Source of the DNA: Nageia nagi
Lineage: Eukaryota; Plantae; Pinophyta
DNA length: 64,000 bases
Assembly: GCA_050084985.1 (NCBI GenBank)
Contig: JBITNC010000002.1
Coordinates: 5,022,001-5,086,000 of the forward strand
Reading direction: 5' to 3'
Part shown: positions 26,525 to 40,274 of the stretch, piece after piece
Layout of the letters: each line of letters opens with the position of its first letter
How positions within the stretch are numbered: position 1 is the stretch's first letter
Translations under genes and position numbers: made by a program
Notes under the pieces: model-generated
Databases searched by the model: none
What the model saw: only the letters and a program-made list of their open reading frames with translations
What the model was told of the DNA's origin: nothing

Positions 26525-29500
26525 TGAAGAAATTAACCCTTTTTGAATTAATCTCTAATTTACCAAGATCACGAGAAGGTACTTACAACATCAACACAAT
26601 AATCCAATAACATAAGCCAATCTCACAAATACCACAAGATATAAAGTGGTTCTTCCTTCATTTGGGAGTACATCCACTAACTAGGATCTTCTTATTCTCA
26701 AGGACCTCTCTTACAAAATCTTTGCTCTCTCTCCAAACCCTAATCGTAACTTTACAATTATTTTATTATAACAAGAGGAGGAGTACCTCTCTATTTATAA
26801 GAAGAAACCCCACCTTTTAACCTCCCTTTAACCAAGGGTAAGGTCAAGAGTGTTTCTATATTTAATCCTCTTTCTATTTTTATTCCCTTAATGCTTTAAG
26901 GTATCTAAAGATACTTTAAGTATTAAGTGAATTTATATTAAAGAGAAATATTATACAATATTACATTACAAAATCTAACACTCTCCTTTAATGTAATATT
27001 GGGATAGAACGTAGAGAAAGAAGAGAAAAAGTAAGAATGAAAGTTCTCCAAAGAAATACAAGCAGAGATGAGAACTTTTTGCATCATTAAAAAATAAACA
27101 AGATCTTAGTTTGAGACTCATTACAATACCATTTGACCAAATGGTTTACAATATAATCATTAACCATAACTGATTTCACTGTAAGTATAGTCAATCAACA
27201 TTGAGTTGACATGTGAGCCTCCATGAGTTGTAGTAACTTGCATTCTCAAGATGAAACTTGGAAGCTACAAGAAGCTTATAAAAAAAATCAGTTAGATCAT
27301 CATATAAATATTTAAATCAATCATAAGATAAATGAATTAAGTAATGCCATCCATAAACTAATCAATGATGCACTATAAGTCATCACAAAGATGCCAAGCT
27401 AATACTTATAGTCATTTGCTATATATTAAAAAAGTATGTTTTAATCAATAACAAAAAGAGCATATGCATATATAAACCACTCACATATGGATAATAAAAA
27501 AGTGCTAACAAACGCATACTGGTTCCTCACATAGTGATAATAGAAATAAAAAAATGTACCATGAGTTCTTCACACAAAGCAAACTAACCACGAAGGTGTA
27601 CAGTTAGATCAACACTCTACGTCAAAATATCCTCATAGGGGTGAAGTTGTTGTTATAAATATGAATTCAACCTTAAAATTCCCCTTGAGGATAACTTCAC
27701 TACCATAAAAAACTGTCAAAGTGTGCACAACAAAATTTCTAACATGATTAGTAAATAAATTAAGAGAGCCAAAGTCAAATGAATAGAGTTGTAGTTGTTT
27801 CATCAAAAACTTTCATTATAATATAATGTGCTTGGATTTGCAATGCACTATAAGACATCACTTAAGATGCCAAGCCCATACTTATCACCAAAAGAATAAT
27901 GTATAAATAAAGTATACAAACCAAAAACAAAGTGCTCAACAACTTTATTAAAAAAGGAAGAAGGTACAATAGATTCATAAATAATTCAACCTTTACTCCC
28001 TTGTGAAGGTAACTTCACCAACCCAATAAAATCCTTAAGCTTATAGAATTAAGCTTCATGAAAGGCCTTATTGAATAAATAAGCAAAATTTAGGACTGAT
28101 GGATAATACTGCAAGTGAAGAAAGCTATCCAAAACCTTCTCTCTGATGAAGTGGGTTTGGATTTCTATGTGCTTTGTTATCTGATGGAAAATAAGATTCT
28201 TTGTCAAAGAAATAGCTGATTGATTATCTGAAAAAATTTGATACGGATGAACTTGCTCATACCTAAATTCTTTCAAAAGATGCCTCAACTAGATGGCTTC
28301 TTGGGTTGCAAGTGGCATTGCATAATATTCGGCCTATGTGGTGGAAAGAGCAGTAGTAAGCTACTTCTTAGAAGCCTAAGAGATAGCACTTGAATCAATG
28401 CTAAACACATATGCAGAGGTTGATTTTTTGTCATCTTTATCTCCTCCATAGTTAGAATCTGAGAATCATAAGAGAACAAACAAGGCCAACTTGTCATACT
28501 TGAGAGCAAGATCCTTAATGCCCATAACATACCTCAACATTTGCTTAACTACATTGAGGTGCTCAACATATGGATTTTGCATAAAGTAAGCCATCAAATA
28601 CACAACAAAGGTAATATCTGGAATGAAATGGTTAAATAAAGAAGACTACCAATTAGTTTCATGTAAGTAGTAGCATCTACCAACTAAGAGTTAGAATTAA
28701 GAGAGATAGTGATTCAATGTGAGATTGGAATTGCAACATGCTTGCACTCCTCCATTTCAAACTTTTGCAAGATATATGAGATATACTTAGATTGATTAAG
28801 ATAAGTACAATCTTGATATTGGTACACTTACATACCAAAGTAGTAGTGTAATAGACCAAGGTCTGTCATTTCAAAAGTTACCTTAAGTTTGAAGATGCAC
28901 TCTTAGATGAGCATTAAATTATTTTTTGTAATCAATAGATCATCCACATAAAGGAGAATCAAGATCAAATCTTATTCTTATTTGAGAATATAAAGATCTA
29001 TGTCAAAGAAGCATTTAGAAAATCTAATATCTTCAAAGAATTCTAAAATCTTATACTACCAGGCTCGAGGTGCTTGCGTAAGTCCATACAAAGACTTCTT
29101 TAGCTTGTAAATAAAAGATTCTTTAATTTTCACAACAAACCCTTATAGTTGGTTCATGTAGATTTTCACATTCAAGTCACCATTAAGAAAAGCATTATTG
29201 ACATCAAGTTGAATTTTTTTTTATCTTTGAGCTACTGTAAGAGCAAGAATCACCCTGATAGTAGGCATTTTTGCCATTAGAGTAAATATTTTATCATAAT
29301 CAACTTCATATTTTTAAGCAAAACTCTTGGCTACTAACCTTGTTTATACTTTTCAATTTCTCCAACTAAATTATCTTTGACCTTATAAACTCATTTATTA
29401 CCAATTACATTGTGTTTATTAGGATAAGGAGCCAAATCTCAAGTTTGATTCTTCATTAGAGCCTCATACTCCACTTTCATAACATTCATTTAATATTCTT

Positions 29501-31633
29501 ACTTTGAAACTTCTTTAAAGGATGAAGGCTCATGCTTACTATCAATTTTGATAAATAAAGATTTATTAAGGGTCATACTTCTTGTTACCCTCTATGTTGA
29601 AGAGTTTAATTTCTTAGATGATAAATCCACACTAACATCCATCTAGTTAGGTGTAATAGAAGAATCATCACACTGACATCCATCTAGTTAAGAAGCAGAT
29701 TCATCAAGAAGTTCATTGAACTTTACATCCCTTGACACAAAGATTACTCTTAAGAAGGATTAGTATAGCTTGTAGCCTCTAAGTTGATTATCATAATCTA
29801 CAAAGATAAACTTATCAGATCTCTTATCTAGCTTATTCCTTTACTTAAGAACAATAAAGGCATAAACATCATAGCTAAAGATTCTAAAGTGAGAGATGTT
29901 AGGTTTCTTTCTTGTCCATACCTCATACAGAGTTTTACCTTCAACAACTTTTGTAGGACACCTATTTAATATGTATATTGTAGTATTTATAGCTTCACCT
30001 CATAAGAAGCTAGGAAGATCTCTCAACATACATCTTACCATTTTCTGAATGGTTCTATTCTTTCTTCCAGCTACACCATTCTGTTAAGGAGTTTAAGGGA
30101 TTGTAAACTACCTCTTGATTTTATACTTGGTACAATAATAATTGAATTCATTGCTATTATACTCGTTCCCATTATCAGATCTTAACATCTTGATTTTGAA
30201 TCTAGATTGATCTTTATCTTCACCTTATGGCTCCCCAAACAACTCATGTTGCAAAATAAATGTGCGAATGTGTTCATTTTAGGAGAATCAATTTTCAATG
30301 TTTACGTACTTTGTATATAAAGTAAAAGTGCAAAACAATAAAAATGCTTTAAACATGAAACTATGTCCAACATCATCCATAAGTATGAGCCAAAGAGTTT
30401 AATGGGTTTTGTTAAAACCCTAATGAAACTCTTTACAAAGGTTCATTAATTTTAAGTAACAACAAATGAGCCTGAGAATCCAATGGATTTTGTTACAACT
30501 CTTAATAGAATTTTATACAAAGGTTCATTTATCAAAAATGAATAATTTTTCTTTTTGTTACTTAAAAATAGACTTAAAATAATTCCTTATTTACAATTTA
30601 ATATAAAATTGATAACAAGTATTTAAGTAATCTTTTATCCATCCACATGTATAAGGACAAAATAATAAACCATGCATTTAAATTTTTATCCAATTAGCAA
30701 TATGCATTGGAATAAAATATAATGCAATAAAAAATTATTCATCCACATGTATGCATAGCAATAATCAGCATTGAGACAAAACAACATTAATTCATGCATA
30801 AATAATCCATGCATTAATTAACATTAATCCATTTTTATCTTAAATGCATATTGTTAATTGGGAAAAAAATTCCTTTTAATATAGCTTGCACTTAGAATTA
30901 AAAAATTAACAAATTTAACTCATACTTAAAAAAAAAACTTTCTAAAAAAAAAAAACTCCCTCTTTGTAGTTAAATTGCCAAACACAAACAATTTAAAAAA
31001 AAAAACTTATATTTTCTGAAAAATAATCCCCCTTTTGATATTAAAATAAAATTCTTTTTTATTTTTTAAATATATAAATAAATTTATATATATAATATTG
31101 TTATATATATATAAAGTATTATATATAAATATATATAAATAAATCACATCAGCAGGAAGAGGGGCGTTTGGTGGCCGGTGGGAGAGGCATTTGGATGGCG
31201 GTGGTGGTGAGCGTTCAGTGTGGAAGAAAGAGGGGAACTTGACGCACGCCGCCCAGCAGCAGGCTGTGCCCTCCCCTTACGGCCATACAATATATATATA
31301 TATATATATTTGTGTTTTTTTTTAAATCTGTTTTTATTTACAGAAAAAAAGCTTTTTAAATAATAATTTAAACTTTAATAAAAGTTTTTTTTCTATTACA
31401 GATTAAAAAAAAAAACTTTAAAACAATAATTTTAAATCTGCATTTTTTATCATAAACAGATTTAATAAAAGTTTTTTTATATTACAGATTTTAAAAAGAA
31501 CTTTAAAACACTAATTTTAAATCTCTGTTTTTTATTATGAAGAGATTTAATAATTTTTTTTTTATATTAAAGTAAAATGTTTTGTATTTAAAGAAAATTT
31601 GTATTAAAATACAGAATTTTTTTTTGTTAAATT

Positions 31634-31664
<31 letters not shown>

Positions 31665-32603
31665 CTTTGGAAAAAATCTATGCATGTAAATTTATTTAAC
31701 ATGTTAATATTGTTAAAAAAATTGCAATAATATTATTATAGTAAAAAATAAGTTATAATAATTTATTATTGTTTTATTTAAGCAAATTTACTCAAAATTT
31801 GCATATTATTACTACACATTAAGCAATTTTACTTAAAAATTTGCTACTAACAAATTATTGTTAGTAAAAAGATAATGCATAGCAATAGCATAAGATCTAA
31901 CATATTAGAATAACAAAATATATTATCTACTTTAATCAAATTTTGCTAAATTTAAACTCATCATCAAAGAATAAAAAAAATTAGTAATAAAAGCAAAATT
32001 TGACATAAAAGAAAAGGTAAGAGATTATACCTTCAAATCTTTTTACCTCAACAAGGTAGATGAAAAAAGAAGAGAAAGGACCTTTAAGGATGTTGAAGCA
32101 TAACCTCCAAGAATGGCTCTAATACCATTTGAAGAAATTAACCCTTTCCGAATTAATATCTAATTTACCAAGATCACAAGAAGGTACTTACAACACCAAC
32201 ATAATAATCTAATAACATAAACCAATCTCACAAATAACATAAGATATAAAATTGTTCCTTTCTCCTTGGGAGTATATCCACTAACTAATATCTTCTTATT
32301 CTCAAGGACCTCTCTTACAGAATCTCTCCTCTCTCTTCAAACCCTAATCTTAGCTTTACAATTGTTTCATTACAATGAGAGGAGAGATACTTCTCTATTT
32401 ATAAGAAGAAACCCTACCATTTAATCTCCCTTTAACCTAAGGGTAAGGTTAAAGGTGTTTCTATATTTAATCCTCTTTTTAAATTTATTTTTCTTTCTAT
32501 TTTTATTCCCTTAATGCTTTACGATATTTAAAGATACTTTAAGCATCAAGTGAATTTACATTAAATAGAAATATTATACAATATTACATTACAAATTCTA
32601 ACA
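26525..32603 (-). mobile_element. Ty1/Copia LTR retrotransposon, internally deleted (INT-RT-RH remnants only)
   Basis: LTRs 26525-26980 and 32130-32603 (TGAAGAAA...CTAACA). Perfect TSD CTAAC. PBS TGGTATTAGAGC at 32116-32127. RNaseH SDNQSAISL..KHIEIQTHFIRE, RT and integrase remnants at 28020-30220. Confidence 0.92.
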
Positions 32604-32608
32604 CTAAC

Positions 32609-32926
32609 AATATCATATATGCACCACAACAAAATGATATATAACAATATCACATATGCACCATATCATAACATGATATCTAATAATATTACATGTGCAC
32701 AACATCGTAACATGATATATAACAATATCATATGCGCACAACATCATAACATGATAGATCCAACAATATCACATGTTCACAACATCATACGTGATATCTA
32801 ACAATATCATATGTGCATGATATTAAAACATGGTATTTAAAAATATCATTAAAACATGATATCTACCAATATCACATGTGCATAATATCAACAAGGATAT
32901 ATACCAATATCACATGTTCACATCAT
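32609..32926. repeat. ~39-bp tandem repeat, right part (about 8 units)
   Basis: Same unit as 26380-26524; the array is split by the Copia insertion. Confidence 0.9.
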
Positions 32927-34899
32927 CAAGTGCATAAACAACAAGAAATTTTCATAAGTGCACCATTAATAAGTGATATATGAAATATCCATAAGTGCAT
33001 AATCAATAATACAATAAATCTTTTAAAGATGAAATAATCATCATAAGAATTCCCAAGAACTAATACTTCACTTCCCCTTAAGAACAACTCTTTAACCATC
33101 CAAAGGGACTTCACTCCCCCTTAAAGAAAACTTCATCATCCTAAGAGACTTCCTTCGATTTAAAAATTAAGCTTTAGGAAGTGAAAATATTAATGGAAGG
33201 TTCAATGCATGTCTTTGAGCATCGTATGTATAGTTTGAACACAACCCATTTTATCAAGAAAATTTTGATGTACAATATTGCAAATGCAAGGTCCCATCAA
33301 AATTGTCTCTCTAATCAAATGTGTTTGTATCTCAATATGCTTTTGTTATGAAGTTGATGTTATATCATAATAATTGTCCCCCTTGAGGTTAACTTCATCA
33401 ACAAAAGCATGAAAGAAATTAATTTAGCCATGATCACTTCATTTTACCATGCTTGTCTTAATGTAATCAAGTAATAGTATGAAGATCTACCATATTCAAG
33501 TAAACACACACATGCACATTGAATCCTTTAACAAAATAATTTTTTTTATTCAATTTACCATTGGGTATCCATACATGCAATTTGATTCAACATCCAAGAA
33601 GTAATTTTTGATCACATATAATTGTTTCTTCCTTATTTATAATCGATATGGGCAATATCATTGCCAATACATATTCATCAAGCATGAAAAATTTTCACCA
33701 ATAAGACCACACACACCTCACTCTGCATCCACCTTGAGGGAAATAAAAGAAACTCAAGGGATTACATGAACAATGGAATCCAACCTTATAGCCTTCAACT
33801 CCTTATTAGCTTATATATTCATTCAATAAGCTTTTCTTTCTCATCCATTAGCCCATTTCACTCCTCCATGAGCAAGTCAAATGCCTTTTTGCATTCACCC
33901 TTTTCCTTTTAAATATATCACCTTGTATTTTTGTAGCATCCAAATGCTCATGTAAAACTATGTCCTCATGCTCCACTAGCAAAGCATTGGTCACAATGCC
34001 CAATGACAATCCCTCCCCAACATTGGCTGGAGCGACACTTAAGGCCAATGCCCCTTCCAGTTCAACATTGTTTTGTATATCTCCTTCTATATCCTCTTCA
34101 CTTAGGGATAACACTAAGCATATTGGAAGCCACTTCTCCATGACTATTATCATGTTGCTCAATTCAAACATCAACCTCTACTTTTAGTCATATAATGGAC
34201 CAAGTGCAAACACTTTTATTCATGCCTTTCATCTAGGACATCCTTCTTACTAGTCCTTCTAGGCTTATTCAAATTGAGAATCACTTGCAGTGCTCTAGTG
34301 ATATAAGGGGACACCATAAGAATTCCCAACACCTATCTTGAACCCTTTGTGTTTTTATTTGACCCAAGCAATCAAATTATAAGAAAGAATAATGATAAAG
34401 TACAAGATTCTTTATTAAGTTTTTATTATGATTTAAAGCACTTGATAAAAAGTTTCCATTTTATATGATATGTTTTAATATAAAATATATAACTTAAAAT
34501 CTCAACCCATATTCTTATTTCATAAGTTTTGAAAATCAAACATAGCATTTGTAATTATAATTAATCATTCATTATATACTTACATACATACCAACTATTT
34601 AATACATAAAATAAAAAAAAAATTATAAATACATTATTTTTCATCATAATTATAATAGTTAATATATTTTTCTTTATTAAAGAATATAAAATAAGTTCAA
34701 ACCTAATTTCTCACACATTACTTCCAAACTTATATTCAAGATAAGATAAGATAATTATATTGATGTCGGAGGCACAATCGAATAAATTGAAAGGAACTAG
34801 AGAAAAAGTCCCTAGAGAAGAGAGCCAATTATGATAAATAAAATATAAATAAACAAATTAACTTTTTATTGTCAGACTATGAACTAGACTAGTCTTGAG

Positions 34900-35642
34900 G
34901 GGGCTTGACCCACTTAATAAGAGCAATGGGCTAAAATAAGGAATTGATCAACTTAGTAGTTGTGGGAGTCTCCTACATAGATATTCACTTAAGTAAGTTA
35001 GATTTCCAAATATATAAGCCCTAATGCCATTTATCAAGATAACTAAAAAAGGTGGAGTGATAATTGTTGGATTCTGAATAAATAATAGAATCTTCCTCAA
35101 ATTACGTAATAAATGGGGCACTTAAAGATAAAGTGGTCCTTAGACTCCACTTCATTGATGGAGCAAAGATGGTAAACATGTTTCTCTTGCAGGATGTGAT
35201 GATTAACGTATACATAAAGTTGATGGGAGAGTACTCTCATCTTCCCTAGAGGGGTCCTCGAGTTATGTGACTAGTAGTACTAAAGGTAAGGGCAACATAT
35301 GGTGCCATAAACTATCTAGAGAAAATGTTTTACATAAAAAGATAACTTGGGGTTAAGGGGTGAAGAGGGAGATATCCATGTGACTAGAGTGTATTGCTAA
35401 TAAATATTTGGCCAAACAAACCTATAATATTAGATTTCAAATCATGAGGTTGGAGGGTTCAACCATAGTGTGCTTGAAGGAAGAAATATAATTAATGAAA
35501 AGATCAATAGTTTGGAGGAGCAAACAAGTATTAGAGAACTAGTAGAATTGATATCTAGATGATCCTATGGTGGTAATGTTTTCAAATAGAAAAGGTAGAT
35601 GGATACCTTGAACATTCAAAGGTGGATATCCCCATAGATTTG
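34900..35642 (+). mobile_element. Highly degenerate LINE-like sequence, left part (continues at 49012)
   Basis: ORF1-like remnants that appear to rejoin across the Copia insertion; weak. Confidence 0.3.
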
Positions 35643-35741
35643 TATTAGAAACTTGATTTCCCAAAAGGTCAAAATTCGACCTTAAAAATCAAGTTTTCTA
35701 CTCTCTGCTCACAAATGTGATCCTGTGACTACATTTCATCA

Positions 35742-37193
35742 TGATCTATAATCCCCTTAAGCAAATCCAGATACTCACACTTAATTTATTTTAAGTGCTT
35801 GTAAAGTATAAAATACTACTTTCAAACTTAGTAGCACATTAAGCAATTTCAATCTTTAATTGTAAATTTCTAAAATCGAAATTTTTTAAATAGCTAAGGG
35901 AGAAATCAATCACACCAAATAAGAACACAAGAAGATTTACCCAAGTTCATCTCAGTGTTATGAGACTACTCCTGCAATTTTTTCCTCTTTGATTATGGTG
36001 GTGATGCGAGTTTACAATGACCTTCCAAACTTCAACTCCACTTTTCTCCTCTTGCTTGCTTGCTCTTCTCGGGATTATCATATACAAAATGATAGCCTTC
36101 TTGCAGCTTTATGGCTTGCAGGTTTGTACTCATGTGCCTTCACTTTACAAATTCCCCAAAATTGAAGAACTCCCTCGGGCACTTCTAACTTGCCTCATTA
36201 TAAAAGAATTCTACGGGCCAAGTTTTGAGTGTTACAACTTTAGGGGTTACAACAAAATTGGTATTTTTAGATACCCAATATTCTCCTTTAACTTTGGTCC
36301 AAATTTGGTGAGATTCCAATAAGCTAATCTCCTAATATTAACTTCTGAATACAAAAAATTCACTCTGAAATATTTGCAAGCTTGAAAATAAAACTCAACT
36401 AACCAATAAAATAAATCTCAAAACCTTAATATAGTGAAACATCAAATTTTGGGCATCTTTAATAAGATTCTACCACTTAACATCCAATAAATGGTGGTCA
36501 ATGTAATTTGATCGATAGTTTGTGATGCAGGCAAGTTTGAGTTGGGTGGATGGCACATGTAGGGTCGGTGATGTAGCTAGCGGCTAGTGGTAGGTCCCTT
36601 CCATATGCACACATGATCTTACAGATAGTCAGTTTGTTAAGTAGTCGATAGGTAGCTATGGGATCCCATGCGTAGTTAAGTGGGTGATCTTCCCACATTA
36701 GTTGGCAGGAGCTCCCTTGGTGCATGAGTGATTAGGTGGCTACCTCCCTTTATACGAGATATTGGTTGACAATTAGTGTGGATAGGAGAAGGGTACCCTG
36801 CTGGTGGGTTCACATGGGCCCTTTTTGGTGCATAGGATCCATCCTTGTATGCAGGTTGGTTAGTCTTCCTCCACATTGGCAGTAGTAACATGGGGAGGTT
36901 TGACCCCCATTTGCATTGCATTAGGCCATCCAACTTTGGGCCTTTTAAATATAATTTGTTTTTCAATATTTTTTATTTATTTTTAAAATATTTTTGGTAT
37001 TTTTTTTTTGTATTTAAATAAAAATACATAATTTTCAAACCTTATAACTTGCAAACCAGGAGTTGGATTTTTGATTTGAAAAATGCATTTTTATCATAGA
37101 GTCGAGATCTTCACTTTGAATATGATGATTCTTGCAAGGAGGTAACTTTTAATTTCACCATTCTCTTAATGATGTGTGATCCATTTTGAATCA
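35742..37193. mobile_element. Solo LTR (~1.45 kb) inserted in the 5' LTR of Copia A
   Basis: Termini TGATCT...GAATCA; perfect TSD CATCA (35737-35741, 37194-37198); the host LTR rejoins across it. Confidence 0.8.
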
Positions 37194-40100
37194 CATCATG
37201 ACCAAACACGATCCTTACTGTATTTCACTATAAACGTGATCATGTTTCCCAAACATGACCATGTTTTAGAACACAGTTTGCATTTTCGAGTTTAGAATGT
37301 TTATTTTATCAACTTTGACCATCTATCTTAGATTAAGTTGATACATTTTGAGTCTTTGATTCATCTATATGGTGTCTACTATGTTAGTTTGGTCTTAGAT
37401 AAGATTCAAACTTATTTTTTAGTAAGATTTATGATTTCAAGATTGCATTGTAATAATGGTGAGATTATCAATCTCAACCACATGTGTCTATTCCAAGTCT
37501 GGTATAAAAGCCATATAAGCATATTGTAATTCATTTTTCATCAATGAAAGTAGATTATACTTTTCATTCTAGTATCACATCCATTTGAGATCTATTGGAT
37601 TTGAGTTTTGGTGGGTATATTGTAAAAATGTATCAAATTATTATAAAAAGAGTGATCTCAAGTTTTTTTATGTTAAGCATTGCAAAATGGTTGCAAACAA
37701 CAATACTCTCCCCATTCTAGAGTTCCATAGATATGACTATGAGTACTGGTATATCAAAATGAAGACATTACTCATAGGAAAAGGATTATGGGACATATTT
37801 GAAGATGGCTACAATGAGCCAACTAACTAGAAAACTCTCCATCCAAATGACAAAAATGCTAAGGAGGATCCAAAAAAGAACTCCTTACACTTTATTATTT
37901 GCGAGCTTCCTTGGAAAAAAGCATCTTCCTTAGGATTTCTTTATGCACTTTAGTCCAAGATGCATGGAAATCTCTCAAAGATGGCTATCAAGGTAGCAAT
38001 CAAGTGAAGCAATTGAGGTTGTACACCTTGAAGAGAGATTTTAAGAATCTCAAGATGCAAGAAGATGATAATGTGGGAGATTACTATGTGAGAATCAAAG
38101 CATGTGTTGATAATATCCAAACACTTGGAGAGGAAGTGAAGAGTGAAGTCATGGTAAAGAAAGTATTGAGAACACTTATTCCTAAGTGGAACAATGTTGA
38201 TATCATAATTGAAGAGTCAAAGGACTTGTCCACTCTTGATTATGATCAACTCATTGGTTCTTTGATTTCTCATGAAGAAATATTGAAAGACTCCACATTA
38301 TAAAACATTATAGTTGGTGAAGACAAAAGTATTTACATCAAAATAGATTGATGCAACCACCAATGAACAAGGAAGAGACCAACCATCTTCAAAAGGAAGA
38401 GGAAGGAAAGGAGCTACTCAAGTATGAGGAAGAGGTAACAGTGGAGGTAGATACAAGAAAAATAAACAATATTACTACTGTAATAAATTTGGGCATTACG
38501 AGAGGGAGTGTAGAACAAAGGCTGCATAAGAAGGGAGAAGTACAACCAACCATGGAGAGGAGGATGTACCTCCAATTTATTTTTATCTTTTAGAAAGAAT
38601 AAGTAGAATCTCTATGAAACTTGGTCTCTAGATACAAGTACCTCCAACCACATGATTGGTAAGGGGGGGTTATTCTCCATAATTGATAACTATTTCAAGT
38701 CCAAGATAAAGCTTGGAGATGATAATGCATTGATTGTTGAAGGCAAGGGATCTATTGAGGTCAATAAAAATGAAGACACCAAGAAGGTAAATGACATCTA
38801 CTACACTCCAAATCTCAAGCACAATTTGCTAAGTGTGGGCCAAATAATAGAAAGTAATTATATAATTGTATTTGGGGATGGAAAATGTGTAATTTATGAT
38901 AAAAATAATGGTCATAGGCTAGTCATAATGGCAATAGTAGATTTTTTCCTCTCATATTTGAAGGAGAAGGTGCCCAACTAGAAAATGTTGCAATTGATAA
39001 TAAGAATTGGCTTTGGCATTTGAGATATGGCCATTTGAACTTTCAAAGTTTGATATTATTGACATCTCAACAAATGGTCCATGGGCTACCCAATAGTGAA
39101 GATACAAAGAGTATGCGTGAAGGTTGTGATTTTGGAAAGCACTCAAGAATGAATTTTTCAAGAGGTCAAGCATGGAGAGCTTTCTATCCCCTCAAATTAG
39201 TGCACTCTAATATTTATGGGCCAATGCAAACAAAGAGTGTTGGTAAGAATTCATACTTTCCCACTTTCATAGATGACTTCTCAAGGATGTGTTGGATCTA
39301 TTGCTTAAAATCCAAAGATGAAACCTTTGATTACTTTAAATATTTTAAGAATCATGTTGAAAAGAAAACTGAATATTTTGTAAAGTGCTTGAAGACTAAT
39401 AATGGAGGTGAATTCTCTTCAAATGAATTCCTCTAATATTGTAAATATTGTGAACTAAAAGGTAAGTCACAACTACCTATACTCTACAACATAATGATGT
39501 AGCTGAGTGCAAGAATATAATAATTGTTGAGATGATAAGGAGCATGCTTTAAACTAAGCAATATAGCAATATGTATTGGGAAGATGCGATGAGAATACCA
39601 ATCTATCTCTTGAGTAGAAGTCCAACTTATAGCTTGGATGGCATCACTCCTTATGAGGCATGGTATTGTAAGAAGCTGAATGTAAAGCACCTTATAGTTA
39701 TTAGATGTTTAGCATATGTTCATGTACCTAAATAAAATAGGAGAAAGCTAGATCCTAAAAGTAAAGCTTTTATTTTTCATGGGTATTATGAAACAACAAA
39801 GAATATAGATTGTATAATCCAAAAATATATAAATTATATTATCTAAAGATGTAATTTTTTATGAAGGGAGAGCTTAGGGTCATCAAAAAATTTTAGTTGA
39901 TGATGGATCCTATGGTGAAGACTCCTCTAATGTGCAACCCAATGATTAGACCAGTAAAAAAGTCCTTCCTTTCATAGCCCAATAAATAGTTCTCCAAAGA
40001 GTTCTTCTACAAGATTCAGTCCAAGTCCTTTGATGCCAAGTCCAATGGATAAAGATTCACCAAGTTTTGTGAGAAAAGGTATAAGAACACTCCAAAACCA

Positions 40101-40274
40101 CCCAACTTATCAAATGTTGGATTCAAATTTCCAAACAAGGTTTACAAGGATCCAAGCAAGTGAAATTGATTAAGTTGTCAAAAGACTTGAAACCTTGAAG
40201 ATATATGGAGATGGAGATGACAATGAGCCCAAAGGTGATGTAGTTAACTATGCTTTTATTTCTAGTTTTGAAAT

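Larger units (their letters stand above)
25485..34300 (-). mobile_element. Older degenerate Copia-related element hosting the 39-bp array and the nested Copia
   Basis: LTR-like 25485-26150 (TGTGGAATA...TATTCCATA), PPT-like TTCCCCCTTGA at about 26176, RNaseH remnant KHIEIQTHLIRE at about 33305-33345. Right boundary uncertain. Confidence 0.4.

Noticed and set aside
32609-32926. CRISPR-like regular array / ORF 32619-32801 with a repeating peptide
   Set aside because: The units are head-to-tail with no unique spacers and there are no cas genes. It is a eukaryotic minisatellite, and the ORF is a by-product of the 39-bp period.
33848-34174. 108-aa minus-strand ORF
   Set aside because: No recognisable domain, and it lies within decayed retroelement sequence; cannot be supported as a gene.
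36498-36966. GC-richer ORFs 36498-36725 and 36676-36966
   Set aside because: They fall inside the TSD-bounded solo LTR and show no protein similarity.
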